From positions 555,825 through 619,824 of the forward strand of contig JBFWNL010000001.1 of the NCBI GenBank assembly GCA_050251055.1: a stretch of 64,000 nucleotides of DNA, given 5' to 3'. Both the position numbers and the translations under genes were made by a program. This document shows positions 19,028-27,670 of the stretch, in pieces. Positions within the stretch are counted from its first letter, which is position 1; each line of letters starts with the position of its first letter. The DNA is from Bacteriovoracia bacterium. Its GTDB lineage: Bacteria > Bdellovibrionota > UBA1018 > JBFWNL01. The notes under the pieces are model-generated. The model ran no database searches, was not told where the DNA came from, and saw only the letters and a program-made list of their open reading frames with translations.

Positions 19028-19479
19028 GCACACCCTACTCTCCCCGTCACCGCGGCCGCGAGGTCGCTTTTCAGTTTTTGTATCGCCTGGACCTGCTGAA
19101 CGGAAAACGCGGCGGCGCGGACGCCATCCCGCCGGGCTGGTCGGCGGAGCGCGCGCAGGAGCTGCGTACGCACATTGCGCACTTCGAAGTCCCCGCCGAC
19201 GTGGCCGAGTTCTCAAACCAGCTCGTGCAAGCCACGCTGACTCGGCTACCAGAGCTCGACGCTGCCATCGAAGGTGCCGGTTCGAGTTGGAAAGTCGCCC
19301 GCATGGCACTCGTGGACCGCAATCTCTTGCGCCTGGCTCTCGCCGAGACCTCCCTGGACACACCGGTAGCGGTCGTGATCAACGAGGCGGTGGAGCTCGC
19401 TAAGCAGTTCGGTACCGAAGAAACCCCTGGGTTCGTCAACGGGGTGCTCGATAAGCTCGTTAAGAGCAAGAGCGCGTAA
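19024..19479 (+). CDS. nusB: Transcription antitermination factor NusB
   Basis: RHRGREVAFQFLY, RMALVDRNLLRLA, VVINEAVELAKQFG, FVNGVLD. ATGA overlap with nrdR. Confidence 0.97.
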   Translation: MSTPYSPRHRGREVAFQFLYRLDLLNGKRGGADAIPPGWSAERAQELRTHIAHFEVPADVAEFSNQLVQATLTRLPELDAAIEGAGSSWKVARMALVDRNLLRLALAETSLDTPVAVVINEAVELAKQFGTEETPGFVNGVLDKLVKSKSA

Positions 19480-19632
19480 ACCCGCTCCCAACCGTCATTT
19501 TCCCGACGGATACACTCGCGAGCCGTAGCTGGGGCTCGGCAGTTTCGACGCAGGCTGGCACACGCTAGACTCTTTCGCCCGGGAAAGCTAGAATTTGAAA
19601 AGGGCAACTACGGGAAACGGGGAAAAGCCGCC

Positions 19633-20052
19633 TTGAATCAAGATCAGTATCAGCCGCTGGATTTGGACCACTCGATCAAGAGCATCGTCGCGCTCTGTTA
19701 CATGAACGAACGTCCGCTCCAAGGATTGGCGGGCCACCTCGACTGGCGCTTCCACGGCGCCATTTCCTACTTCCTCCGACAAGGCGCCCTCACCGGCCGG
19801 GAAGGCGAATGCGTCTACATCCCCGTACGCAAGCACGAGCGCGTTTTTCACCTGCTCATGGTCGGAGCAGGCATGGCGGTTCACCCCGGCGCGCGCGACG
19901 AAGCGCCCGAAGAAGTTTTCGAATCCTTGCGCAAGAATTTGCCGGCCCTCAAGCTTCCCCAAGTCGGCGTCTCTGCCGCCGATTTCGGCGGCCTTTCCGC
20001 CGCGGAACTCGAAAAGAAACTCAAAGGAGCGGAACTTTGTCTGCTCCCCTAA
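19633..20052 (+). CDS. Stand-alone M17 (leucyl aminopeptidase) N-terminal-like domain protein
   Basis: NERPLQGLAGHLDWRFHGAISYFL..G.LTGREGE...LLMVGAG resembles the M17 N-terminal domain family. TTG start. Confidence 0.65.
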   Translation: MNQDQYQPLDLDHSIKSIVALCYMNERPLQGLAGHLDWRFHGAISYFLRQGALTGREGECVYIPVRKHERVFHLLMVGAGMAVHPGARDEAPEEVFESLRKNLPALKLPQVGVSAADFGGLSAAELEKKLKGAELCLLP

Positions 20053-20423
20053 AACCTTCTTTCCTGAAGCAACTTGTCGCCCGCCTCTTGAGCCCGTCGG
20101 ACAAGTACGAGCTCACGAATGGCCGCGGTACTCCTTCGCCCATCGAATCGCTTCCCCTCCTCGATCGCCTCGAAACGCTGGTGAGTGGCAGCATCGAGAC
20201 CAAGGCCCGCACGCAAGACCTGGCGCGCCAGCTCCAGGCGAAATTCGCCGCGCAGGCGCAAAACCAGGCCGAAACCTTGGCCAGGGCACGCGCTGAGGCG
20301 CAGGCACGGGCCGAAGAAGCCGCCCTTCCCCCGCGGGTTACCACCCGCCAAAAGGAGTACGAACCCGCCCTCCGCGACGAAAGCGTCGTGCAGGCGCTGC
20401 TCCATTTACGTGAAAGGCTATGA
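20037..20423 (+). CDS. Hypothetical helical protein
   Basis: 3' part of ORF 19809..20423. TTG at 20037 has an AAAGGAG SD, and its stop overlaps the next ATG (ATGA). Confidence 0.6.
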   Translation: MSAPLKPSFLKQLVARLLSPSDKYELTNGRGTPSPIESLPLLDRLETLVSGSIETKARTQDLARQLQAKFAAQAQNQAETLARARAEAQARAEEAALPPRVTTRQKEYEPALRDESVVQALLHLRERL

Positions 20424-21097
20424 CCCGCGAGGCCCTGAAGTTTTCCAACGTCGCCGAGCGGTTCACCCTCGAAAATACGAGTCGATGGGACGACAGCGCC
20501 GCGCTCGCCGAGTGCTCCCTCTTGCGACTGGTGATCCTGCGCGACCTGTATCGCTATCTCCATGCTGAGCGCTCCAAGGTATTGGTGGAAGGATCCAAGA
20601 AAAGCGTGGACGATATCCGTGCGCTGCAGACCAGCTTGGAGGAGCTGCGCGGGCAAGACTTGCGCGGGCTCTCGCTTTCCGACGTCATCTCCCGGGCCAA
20701 AGCCGGCAAACCTTTGGACACCCCTCGCCGCCCCGCCGCCGAGTTGCTGCAGAAGATCGAGCGCGAGAAGCTGGAGCGCTACGACCGCAAGTGGGAATCC
20801 GCCTTGGCCGCCGAAGCCTTTCATTGCGGCTGGGGATTTTGGCACCTCGACGCCTGGGTGAAGGTCTCCACCGCCGAGGCGTTCCACGGCCACCTCAGCC
20901 GCTCGCTATGGCCGAAGGGCATCGTGCTCTTCGTGGAGGCTTCGCCGGGCAACAGCCTGGACAAGACGGATGAGCCGATCTGGAAAGGGCGCTGGGTGTG
21001 TACCCTCTCCCCTCAGAAAGACCCCAAGGCGACTCCTCTGCTGAGCATTCCCGGAATCTCTTCCCGACCCGACGAACCCCGGTGGAATCTACTATGA
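20420..21097 (+). CDS. Hypothetical protein (Trp-rich C-terminal half)
   Basis: 225-aa ORF with ATGA overlaps at both ends. Confidence 0.75.
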   Translation: MTREALKFSNVAERFTLENTSRWDDSAALAECSLLRLVILRDLYRYLHAERSKVLVEGSKKSVDDIRALQTSLEELRGQDLRGLSLSDVISRAKAGKPLDTPRRPAAELLQKIEREKLERYDRKWESALAAEAFHCGWGFWHLDAWVKVSTAEAFHGHLSRSLWPKGIVLFVEASPGNSLDKTDEPIWKGRWVCTLSPQKDPKATPLLSIPGISSRPDEPRWNLL

Positions 21098-21606
21098 AGC
21101 TTTGCGAGTTCCTCACCTTGCTTTTGCGGACGCAAGGTCGAGTCCTGCAAGAACTGCTAGCCACATGCGGGGAGGGGCGCCTAGCGCAACTGTTGCGGGA
21201 CAACGAAGTCACGGCGCGGATATCGGTGCAAGGACTTCAGCTCGTGCACGGCCCCATGTCTTACCAGGGACATGGCGAAGGCTTCGCGATGATCGAGCAG
21301 ACGGTGACCGACCTGGCGTTGCCGGAGGAAATCGAGTTTCACCTCTGGTCCTACCCGTTTTACCGGGCGTTTATCGAAAGCGAGCTGGGACTGGATTCCA
21401 CGATCCGCAATGACAAGGCGAACGAACTGTCGGCGCTCTTGGACGAGGCCATCGCCTCGGCCCATCATTGGGGTGAATGCCTGGTCCCGAAAGATGGGGA
21501 CGCGGCGCTTGCGCGAAAAGTCCAAGCCGTGGTCAGCCAAAACTACCTGCGCTTTCGGACGGATTTCCTGCGTAAAACCGGCGGTCGCGCGCTTAGCTCT
21601 CTTTAG
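21094..21606 (+). CDS. Hypothetical protein
   Basis: ORF 20998..21606. ATG 21094 (MKLCEFL) overlaps the upstream TGA. Confidence 0.7.
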   Translation: MKLCEFLTLLLRTQGRVLQELLATCGEGRLAQLLRDNEVTARISVQGLQLVHGPMSYQGHGEGFAMIEQTVTDLALPEEIEFHLWSYPFYRAFIESELGLDSTIRNDKANELSALLDEAIASAHHWGECLVPKDGDAALARKVQAVVSQNYLRFRTDFLRKTGGRALSSL

Positions 21607-23155
21607 CCAGCTTATGTTTTTCCAGAACTTTCCGTAACCCCTCGCGGCTCAAGCCAAGCAGCTTCGCCGCATGACTCTTATTGCCCTGGGTTTTCGCAAG
21701 CGCGATGCGCACCGCCTTTTTTTCCGCTTCATCTTTCGCCGCCTTCAGGGTCGTCACCTCACCCATCGACTCCTCGCTCGCTTCCCCTTCACTACCCGAG
21801 GCACCGATGGAGACCATCGACGCCGGGGTTGTCGGTTCGAGCTGAAAGTCCTGGGGAGAAAGCACATCGCGATCCCCGCTCAGAATGATCGCGCTTTCCA
21901 GCTTGTTCTGCAGCTGCCGGATATTTCCCGGCCACGGATAGGCCATGAGCTTGGCCAAGGCATCGGGGCTCAGCTTCTTCAAGCGCCGCGCGCGGCCCGC
22001 GAGCATTTTATTCAGGAGTGACTGGGAAAGGTCGCCAATATCGCCCGTGCGCTCGCGCAGAGCCGGAAGTCGGAAGCGGACGACGTTAATCCGGTAGTAA
22101 AGATCCTCGCGAAAACGCTGAGCGCGGACCATGCTCTCCAACTCACGGTTGGTCGCGGCCACGATCCGAAAGTCCACGGGCTTGGGCTTTTCGTCGGAAC
22201 CGACCGGAGTGACCGTCTTGTCCTGCAAAACGCGCAGGAGCTTGGCCTGCATGGAAAGCGGGAGCTCGCCGATTTCATCCAGAAAGAGCGTCCCCCCGTG
22301 GGCCATCTCGATCTTGCCCTTACGCGCGAACGTTCCCGTCGCCGCGCCCTTCGTCACCCCGAAGAGCTCGGCTTCGAACAGGCTCTCAGGGATGGCGGCG
22401 CAGTTCAGCGCGACGAAAGGGCTATTGCGGCGGGCGCTGCGCGAGTGCACCACCTTCGCCACGACTTCCTTGCCGGTACCGCTCTCCCCTTCGATTAAGA
22501 TGGAAGAATCGCTCTGCGCGAAGGCGGGTAGCTGATTGTAGAGTTCCTGCAAGAGACCGTTGGAAGAGCGCAGAACGAAGCTCTCGGTTTCCTGACCCCA
22601 GGTGCGCCGCTCCTGCTGGAGCGTGTTACTCACCTCGGTGAGATTCTCGATCGTGCGCCGATGCTCGAGCGCCACCGCCGCAAAGAGCGCAAGCACTTGC
22701 AGGATCTGCAGATCGTCTTCCTCGAACCGTCCGCGCTTGGAGTTCAAAATTTGTATCGCGCCCAAGTTGCGACCGGAAGGCGCCCGCATCGGCACGCAGA
22801 GAATCGTCTCGGTTCGGTACTGGGTGACGGCATCCACCTTTGGAAAAAACCGCGGATCCGAATGAGCGTCGTTGATGATGATCGGCAACGCCGTCTTGAA
22901 GACGTGCCCCACAATGCCCTGGTCAGCGGCGATCCTGATCTCTTTTCCGCCCATGCCGGTGGCTACCAGGGATGTGAGCTGCATGTCCGCCAGGGGGGCT
23001 TCCTTCTCGGGGGCTAGAAACACCGACCCGCGATCCCCATGGGTGAGCTCAATAGCCGCATCTAAGATGCGGGAAACCAGCGCCGTCCGCTCCAGACGGT
23101 CGAAGAAGGCCGTACAGACCTGCAGAAGCATGGGGAGGATCTGAGACGGTTCCAT
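21593..23155 (-). CDS. GAF-domain sigma54-type enhancer-binding protein (GAF-AAA+-Fis HTH)
   Basis: N-terminal GAF domain, GESGTGKE Walker A, LFLDEIGEL Walker B, FREDLYYR, WPGNIRQL, and GNKSHAAKLLGLSR HTH. The GAFTGA loop reads GAATGT. Confidence 0.95.
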   Translation of the reverse strand: MEPSQILPMLLQVCTAFFDRLERTALVSRILDAAIELTHGDRGSVFLAPEKEAPLADMQLTSLVATGMGGKEIRIAADQGIVGHVFKTALPIIINDAHSDPRFFPKVDAVTQYRTETILCVPMRAPSGRNLGAIQILNSKRGRFEEDDLQILQVLALFAAVALEHRRTIENLTEVSNTLQQERRTWGQETESFVLRSSNGLLQELYNQLPAFAQSDSSILIEGESGTGKEVVAKVVHSRSARRNSPFVALNCAAIPESLFEAELFGVTKGAATGTFARKGKIEMAHGGTLFLDEIGELPLSMQAKLLRVLQDKTVTPVGSDEKPKPVDFRIVAATNRELESMVRAQRFREDLYYRINVVRFRLPALRERTGDIGDLSQSLLNKMLAGRARRLKKLSPDALAKLMAYPWPGNIRQLQNKLESAIILSGDRDVLSPQDFQLEPTTPASMVSIGASGSEGEASEESMGEVTTLKAAKDEAEKKAVRIALAKTQGNKSHAAKLLGLSREGLRKVLEKHKLAKES

Positions 23156-23185
23156 AGCGTTTTAATCGGTCTAAAGGGGCAAAAC

Positions 23186-23284
23186 TATAACTTTTGTTGG
23201 CAGTTTGAGTTAATTTCAGAAGGTAGTGCCAAAAAAAGTGCCATTCTGCACTAAAAGTTGGCAGTTTGACGCAACTGAAGTTGC
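23186..23284. promoter_or_regulatory. Putative upstream activator (UAS) boxes
   Basis: Exact 13-mer GTTGGCAGTTTGA at 23196-23208 and 23257-23269. Palindrome GCAACT-ga-AGTTGC at 23271-23284. AGTGCCA occurs twice at 23225-23243. Confidence 0.65.
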
Positions 23285-23323
23285 CCTCTCGAGCTTTTCC
23301 CCTATCTTTTCAACCACCCAAAG

Positions 23324-23340
23324 TTGGCACCGCGCTTGCT
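23324..23340 (+). promoter_or_regulatory. Sigma54 -24/-12 promoter
   Basis: TTGGCAC-cgcgc-TTGCT is a perfect match to TGGCAC-N5-TTGCW (GG 23326-27, GC 23338-39), divergent from an enhancer-binding protein gene. Confidence 0.88.
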
Positions 23341-23350
23341 CTATCTAGTC

Positions 23351-23475
23351 AGTGTGGGGAATGCAACGGGGACCTCAGAGTGGTGGGAGCTGAGGCCCTA
23401 AGCAACCCAAAAAGTTTGTCCTCCAAAACCCTAAAAACCCTCTCATGGGAGCCGGGCCATTTGGCCCGGCTCCAA
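23351..23475 (+). ncRNA. Candidate sigma54-dependent small RNA (no known family recognised)
   Basis: Begins at the expected +1 of the sigma54 promoter. Long interrupted 5' stem-loop (23355-23409), unpaired A/C-rich linker with TCCTCC and 2x AAAACCCT, and a 3' GC-rich hairpin GGAGCCGGGCC-attt-GGCCCGGCTCC (23448-23473). No credible ORF. Confidence 0.6.
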
Positions 23476-23542
23476 TAAGATTACGGGCCAAATTCGGGGT
23501 TAACCCTGTCCAAATCCAGGCAATCCAAGTAAAAATCAAAGC

Positions 23543-24544
23543 ATGAACGCTGCGGCAAAACCGATGGCGCCTCCGTCATCCATTCTAGTTACCGGCGCGG
23601 CCGGCTTTATCGGCACACGCCTCGTCGCACGCCTGCAATCCCTGCCCAAGCCCGCGCCCTTGATCAGCGTGGATCGTCGTGCGCACTTTGCCACGCGCAC
23701 CGAGCACGGGGGCACGGACTACGGACAAATCGTCGACCGTGACGAGCTCGAAGCCTGGCTCGCGAAAGAAAAGCCCGCGCTCAAGGCCGTGATTCACCTG
23801 GGCGCCTGCACCGACACCACGAATTTAGACGAAGCCTACCAGAAACGCATGAACCTGCAGTATTCGCAGATGCTTTGGAATCATTGCACGCGCGCGAAAA
23901 CCCCCTTCATTTACGCCAGCAGCGCCGCTACCTACGGCGAAGGAAATTTAGGCTATAGCGACGACGAAGGCCTGATCCCCATGTTGAAGCCCCTAAATCC
24001 CTACGGCGAATCCAAGCGCCTCTTTGATCTTTGGGCGATTGAACAAGAAAAAGCCGGCAAAACACCCCCCAGCTGGAGCGGGTTCAAGTTCTTCAACGTC
24101 TACGGGTTCGGTGAGCGCCACAAAGGCAAGATGGCCAGCGTCGTGCTCCATGCTTTCGATCAAATCCAGGCGAGCGGTCGCGTGAAGCTCTTCAAGAGCC
24201 ACCGCGAAGGCATCGCGCACGGCCAACAAAAGCGGGACTTCATTTACGTGGAAGACGTCGTCGACGTTTTACTCTACGCGATGAACCGCCCGATCCCACG
24301 CGGGATCTACAACTTAGGCAGCGGGCAAGCCCGCTCGTTTTTAGATCTCGTCCGCGCGACCTTCCGGGCAATGGGACGCTCGGAGCAAATCGAATTCATC
24401 GATACGCCATTGGAACTGCGCGAACGCTACCAGTACTTCACCGAAGCGAAGATGTTCAAGCTGGAGAGCCTGGGCTACGACAAGCCCTTTACCCCACTCG
24501 AAGAAGGCGTGGCTGCCACGGTGGCGCGCCTCGGCGCTCGCTAG
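23543..24544 (+). CDS. hldD: ADP-L-glycero-D-manno-heptose 6-epimerase
   Basis: VTGAAGFIG, HLGACTDT, YASSAATYG, PLNPYGESK, FFNVYG..E.HKGKMAS, RDFIYVED, YQYFTEA. Confidence 0.95.
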   Translation: MNAAAKPMAPPSSILVTGAAGFIGTRLVARLQSLPKPAPLISVDRRAHFATRTEHGGTDYGQIVDRDELEAWLAKEKPALKAVIHLGACTDTTNLDEAYQKRMNLQYSQMLWNHCTRAKTPFIYASSAATYGEGNLGYSDDEGLIPMLKPLNPYGESKRLFDLWAIEQEKAGKTPPSWSGFKFFNVYGFGERHKGKMASVVLHAFDQIQASGRVKLFKSHREGIAHGQQKRDFIYVEDVVDVLLYAMNRPIPRGIYNLGSGQARSFLDLVRATFRAMGRSEQIEFIDTPLELRERYQYFTEAKMFKLESLGYDKPFTPLEEGVAATVARLGAR

Positions 24545-24778
24545 TCCATCCGGGCCAATCGACGCAACACCCCATAGCTGACTCCTGAACGCGGTTTTTC
24601 GGCAATTTCATTGTCCGTTTCCCGGTCTTTCGATATACCCAATCCTCATTTCATTTCGGCATCTGAGTTCGGCAGTGGGGCCCTCGACGCAGTTCTTTTC
24701 GCCTTTGAAACCCCTGTCCCGCGCGCGTTTTAAATAAATCGGAACTCGCCTACCCGCGAGTCCGCAAGGAGACCGGTC

Positions 24779-26239
24779 ATGCAAAAAAATTATATCAATA
24801 GTGAGTGGATTGATTCGCTCGGTAAAGAGAAGGTCGAAATCATCAACCCCGCCACCGGCAAGGTGATCGATCACTGCCCCCTCGGCACTAAAGAAGATGT
24901 CAACCGCGCGGTCGAAGCCGCCGCGAAAGCTTTCCCGATGTGGCGGCAGACCCCGCCCACGGATCGCGTACAGCCCCTCTTCCGTCTGAAGATGCTGCTC
25001 GAAGAGAATCAAGAAGCGCTCGCCCGCTGCCTCACGCAAGAGCACGGCAAGACGCTCGTTGAAGCCCGCGGCAGCATCCGTCGCGGCATTCAAATGGTCG
25101 AAACTGCGTGCGGCATCCCCACCCTGATGATGGGGCAGGTACTCGAAGACATCGCGCCCGGCATCGACAGCCAAGCCGTACGCCGTCCGATGGGCGTTTT
25201 CACTGCGATCACGCCTTCGAACTTTCCCGCCATGGTTCCGTTCTGGTTCTGGCCCTTCGCGGTCGCCTCGGGCAACACATTCGTGCTGAAGCCCAGCGAG
25301 CGCGTACCCATGACCCAGACGATGATCATGGACCTGATCACGAAGGCGAAGTTTCCACCGGGCGTGATCAACGTCGTGCAAGGCGGACGCGAAGTCGTCG
25401 ACGCGCTCTGCACCCACCCAAAAATCCAAGGCGTATCGTTCGTGGGCTCCACGCCGGTCGCCAAGCACGTCTACGTCACCGCTTCGGCCGCGGGTAAGCG
25501 CGTGCAATCGCTCGGCGGCGCGAAAAACTTCATGGTCGTCATGCCGGATGCCGTCATGGACAAAGCCGTTTCGACCGCGCTCGAATCCATTATCGGTTGC
25601 GCGGGCCAACGTTGCCTCGCCGGTTCCGTGATCCTGGCCGTGGGTGACTGCTACGACAAGGTCGCCGACCAGATCGTGCGCTTCGCGCGCGACGTGAACG
25701 TGGGCGACGGGCTCGACCCCCGCACGCAGATGGGTCCAGTGATCTCGGCCGCCTCGAAAGAGCGCGTGAAAGGATTGATCGCGGGCGCCGTGAAAGAAGG
25801 CGGCAAGCTCTTGCTCGACGGACGTGAAAACGTCGATCAAATGCCGGGCTACTTCCTGCGCCCCTCCGTCATTGGCGAAGTAAAACCCGAAATGACGATC
25901 GCCAAGGAAGAAGTTTTCGGACCCGTGGTTTGCCTGGCCCGAGTGAAGACACTCGACGAAGCGATCACCTGGCTCAATAGCTCGAACTACGCGAACACGA
26001 CCACGCTCTTTACGACGAACGGAGCGGCCGCCCGCAAGTTCACCTACGAGGTGGAGCCGAGCATGATCGGAATCAACATTGGCGTTCCCGCGCCCATGTC
26101 GTTTTTCTCATTCGGCGGCGCCAAGGACTCGTTCTTCGGCGACGTGAAGGCCCACGGGCGCGCGTCGATGGATTTTTACACCGACACCAAAACCACGATC
26201 TTCCGCTGGCTGAGCGATTCCAGCATTTGGAGCAAGTAA
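24779..26239 (+). CDS. mmsA: CoA-acylating (methyl)malonate-semialdehyde dehydrogenase
   Basis: ITPSNFPAMVP, KPSERVP, SFVGST, GKRVQSLGGAKN, GQRCLA, EEVFGPV, MIGINIGVPAP. Confidence 0.94.
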   Translation: MQKNYINSEWIDSLGKEKVEIINPATGKVIDHCPLGTKEDVNRAVEAAAKAFPMWRQTPPTDRVQPLFRLKMLLEENQEALARCLTQEHGKTLVEARGSIRRGIQMVETACGIPTLMMGQVLEDIAPGIDSQAVRRPMGVFTAITPSNFPAMVPFWFWPFAVASGNTFVLKPSERVPMTQTMIMDLITKAKFPPGVINVVQGGREVVDALCTHPKIQGVSFVGSTPVAKHVYVTASAAGKRVQSLGGAKNFMVVMPDAVMDKAVSTALESIIGCAGQRCLAGSVILAVGDCYDKVADQIVRFARDVNVGDGLDPRTQMGPVISAASKERVKGLIAGAVKEGGKLLLDGRENVDQMPGYFLRPSVIGEVKPEMTIAKEEVFGPVVCLARVKTLDEAITWLNSSNYANTTTLFTTNGAAARKFTYEVEPSMIGINIGVPAPMSFFSFGGAKDSFFGDVKAHGRASMDFYTDTKTTIFRWLSDSSIWSK

Positions 26240-27646
26240 ATGAAAACCCTACTCGTCAAAAACGGCCTGGTCGTTACCGCCACCGATCAATACGAAGCCG
26301 ACATTTACGTCGTGGGCGAAAAGATCCAGACGATCGGTAAGGGGCTGGAAGCCCAGTTAATAAAAGCCGATCAAGTGCCAGATCAAGTTATTGACGCCAA
26401 GGGCCGCTACGTGTTCCCGGGCGGGATCGACGCCCACACGCACATGGATCTGCCCTTCATGGGGACATCTTCGAGCGACGACTTCGAGAGCGGTACGATG
26501 GCGGGCCTGCACGGCGGTACCACGACCATCATCGACTTCGCGATTCAGACCCAAGGCGATAGCTTGGCCGCCGCTTTGAACACCTGGCACGAAAAGGCCG
26601 ACGGCAAGGCCGTGGGTGACTACGCCTTCCACCTCGCGATTACGGATCTGAACGAAAAGACGAAGGCCGAGATTAAGACTTGCGTGGAAAAAGGCGTGAC
26701 GTCCTTTAAGACCTTCATGGCCTATAAAGGCGCCTTGATGATCGACGACCGCCAGATGGTCGCGCTCATGGCCGAAGTTTCCAAGCAAGGCGGCATGGTC
26801 ACAACCCACGCCGAAAACGGCGATATGATCGATAACCTTATCGCCCAGAATCGCCTGAACGGGAATCTGACCCCGAAATACCACGCGCTCTCGCGCCCCG
26901 AAATCGCCGAAGCCGAAGCAACCGGCCGCATTTCCGATATCGCGTTCCAAGGCGGGCATCCGCTCTACATCGTGCACATGACCTGTGAAGGCGCGCTGAA
27001 CCGCATCCGCGAGAACACGAAACGGGGCCAGAAGGTCTTCGTCGAGACCTGCGTGCAATACCTGCTCCTGGATGACACTTTGTATTCGCGCGAGAACTTC
27101 GAAGGCTCCAAGTGGGTAATGAGCCCACCGCTCCGCAAGCCCAAAGACCAAGCCGCGCTCTGGGCCGCGCTCAACCAAGGCCTCGTGCAGGTCGTGGCCA
27201 CCGATCATTGCCCGTTCTGCATGGACCAGAAGCGCATGGGTGAAAAAGACTTCTCGAAGATCCCGAACGGCGCGCCCGGCGTCGAAAACCGTCTGGAGCT
27301 CATGTTCTCGGAAGGCGTGGGCAAGGGCCGCATTTCGCTCAATAAGTTCGTCGACGTGAATTGCACGGCGCCGGCCAAGATCTTCGGTCTCTTCCCGCGC
27401 AAGGGAACGATCGCCGTGGGTTCGGACGCGGATCTTGTGATCTTCGACCCGAACGAGACTCATACGTTATCGGTAAAGAACCAGCACATGAAGTGTGACT
27501 ACTCGGCTTATGAGGGCTGGAACGTGCGCGGAAAGGTGAAGACCACCATCCTGCGCGGTACCGTGGCCGTGGACAACGGTAAAGCACATGTCGGCAAGGG
27601 TTTCGGGAAATACCTCCCACGTGCCAAGCTGAGCGCCAACATTTAG
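26240..27646 (+). CDS. hydA: Dihydropyrimidinase / D-hydantoinase
   Basis: PGGIDAHTH, GGTTTIIDF, SFKTFMAY, HAENG, MSPPLR, ATDHCPF. Confidence 0.96.
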   Translation: MKTLLVKNGLVVTATDQYEADIYVVGEKIQTIGKGLEAQLIKADQVPDQVIDAKGRYVFPGGIDAHTHMDLPFMGTSSSDDFESGTMAGLHGGTTTIIDFAIQTQGDSLAAALNTWHEKADGKAVGDYAFHLAITDLNEKTKAEIKTCVEKGVTSFKTFMAYKGALMIDDRQMVALMAEVSKQGGMVTTHAENGDMIDNLIAQNRLNGNLTPKYHALSRPEIAEAEATGRISDIAFQGGHPLYIVHMTCEGALNRIRENTKRGQKVFVETCVQYLLLDDTLYSRENFEGSKWVMSPPLRKPKDQAALWAALNQGLVQVVATDHCPFCMDQKRMGEKDFSKIPNGAPGVENRLELMFSEGVGKGRISLNKFVDVNCTAPAKIFGLFPRKGTIAVGSDADLVIFDPNETHTLSVKNQHMKCDYSAYEGWNVRGKVKTTILRGTVAVDNGKAHVGKGFGKYLPRAKLSANI

Positions 27647-27670
27647 CCCTAACATTCAAAGGAAATCAAA

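Noticed and set aside
19556-19571. TGGCAC upstream of the M17-like gene as a sigma54 promoter
   Set aside because: The -12 position reads TAGAC rather than TTGC, so GG-N10-GC is not met.
23266-23478. 70-aa ORF across the sRNA candidate
   Set aside because: It has a TTG start with no SD, begins upstream of the sigma54 promoter within the UAS boxes, and has no protein-like features.
24608-25840. Long antisense ORFs (also 26357-27463, 27878-28843, 41307-42554, 59006-60547, 9442-10194, 20021-20893)
   Set aside because: They lie opposite well-supported genes, lack motifs, and are the expected shadow of high GC3 codon bias.
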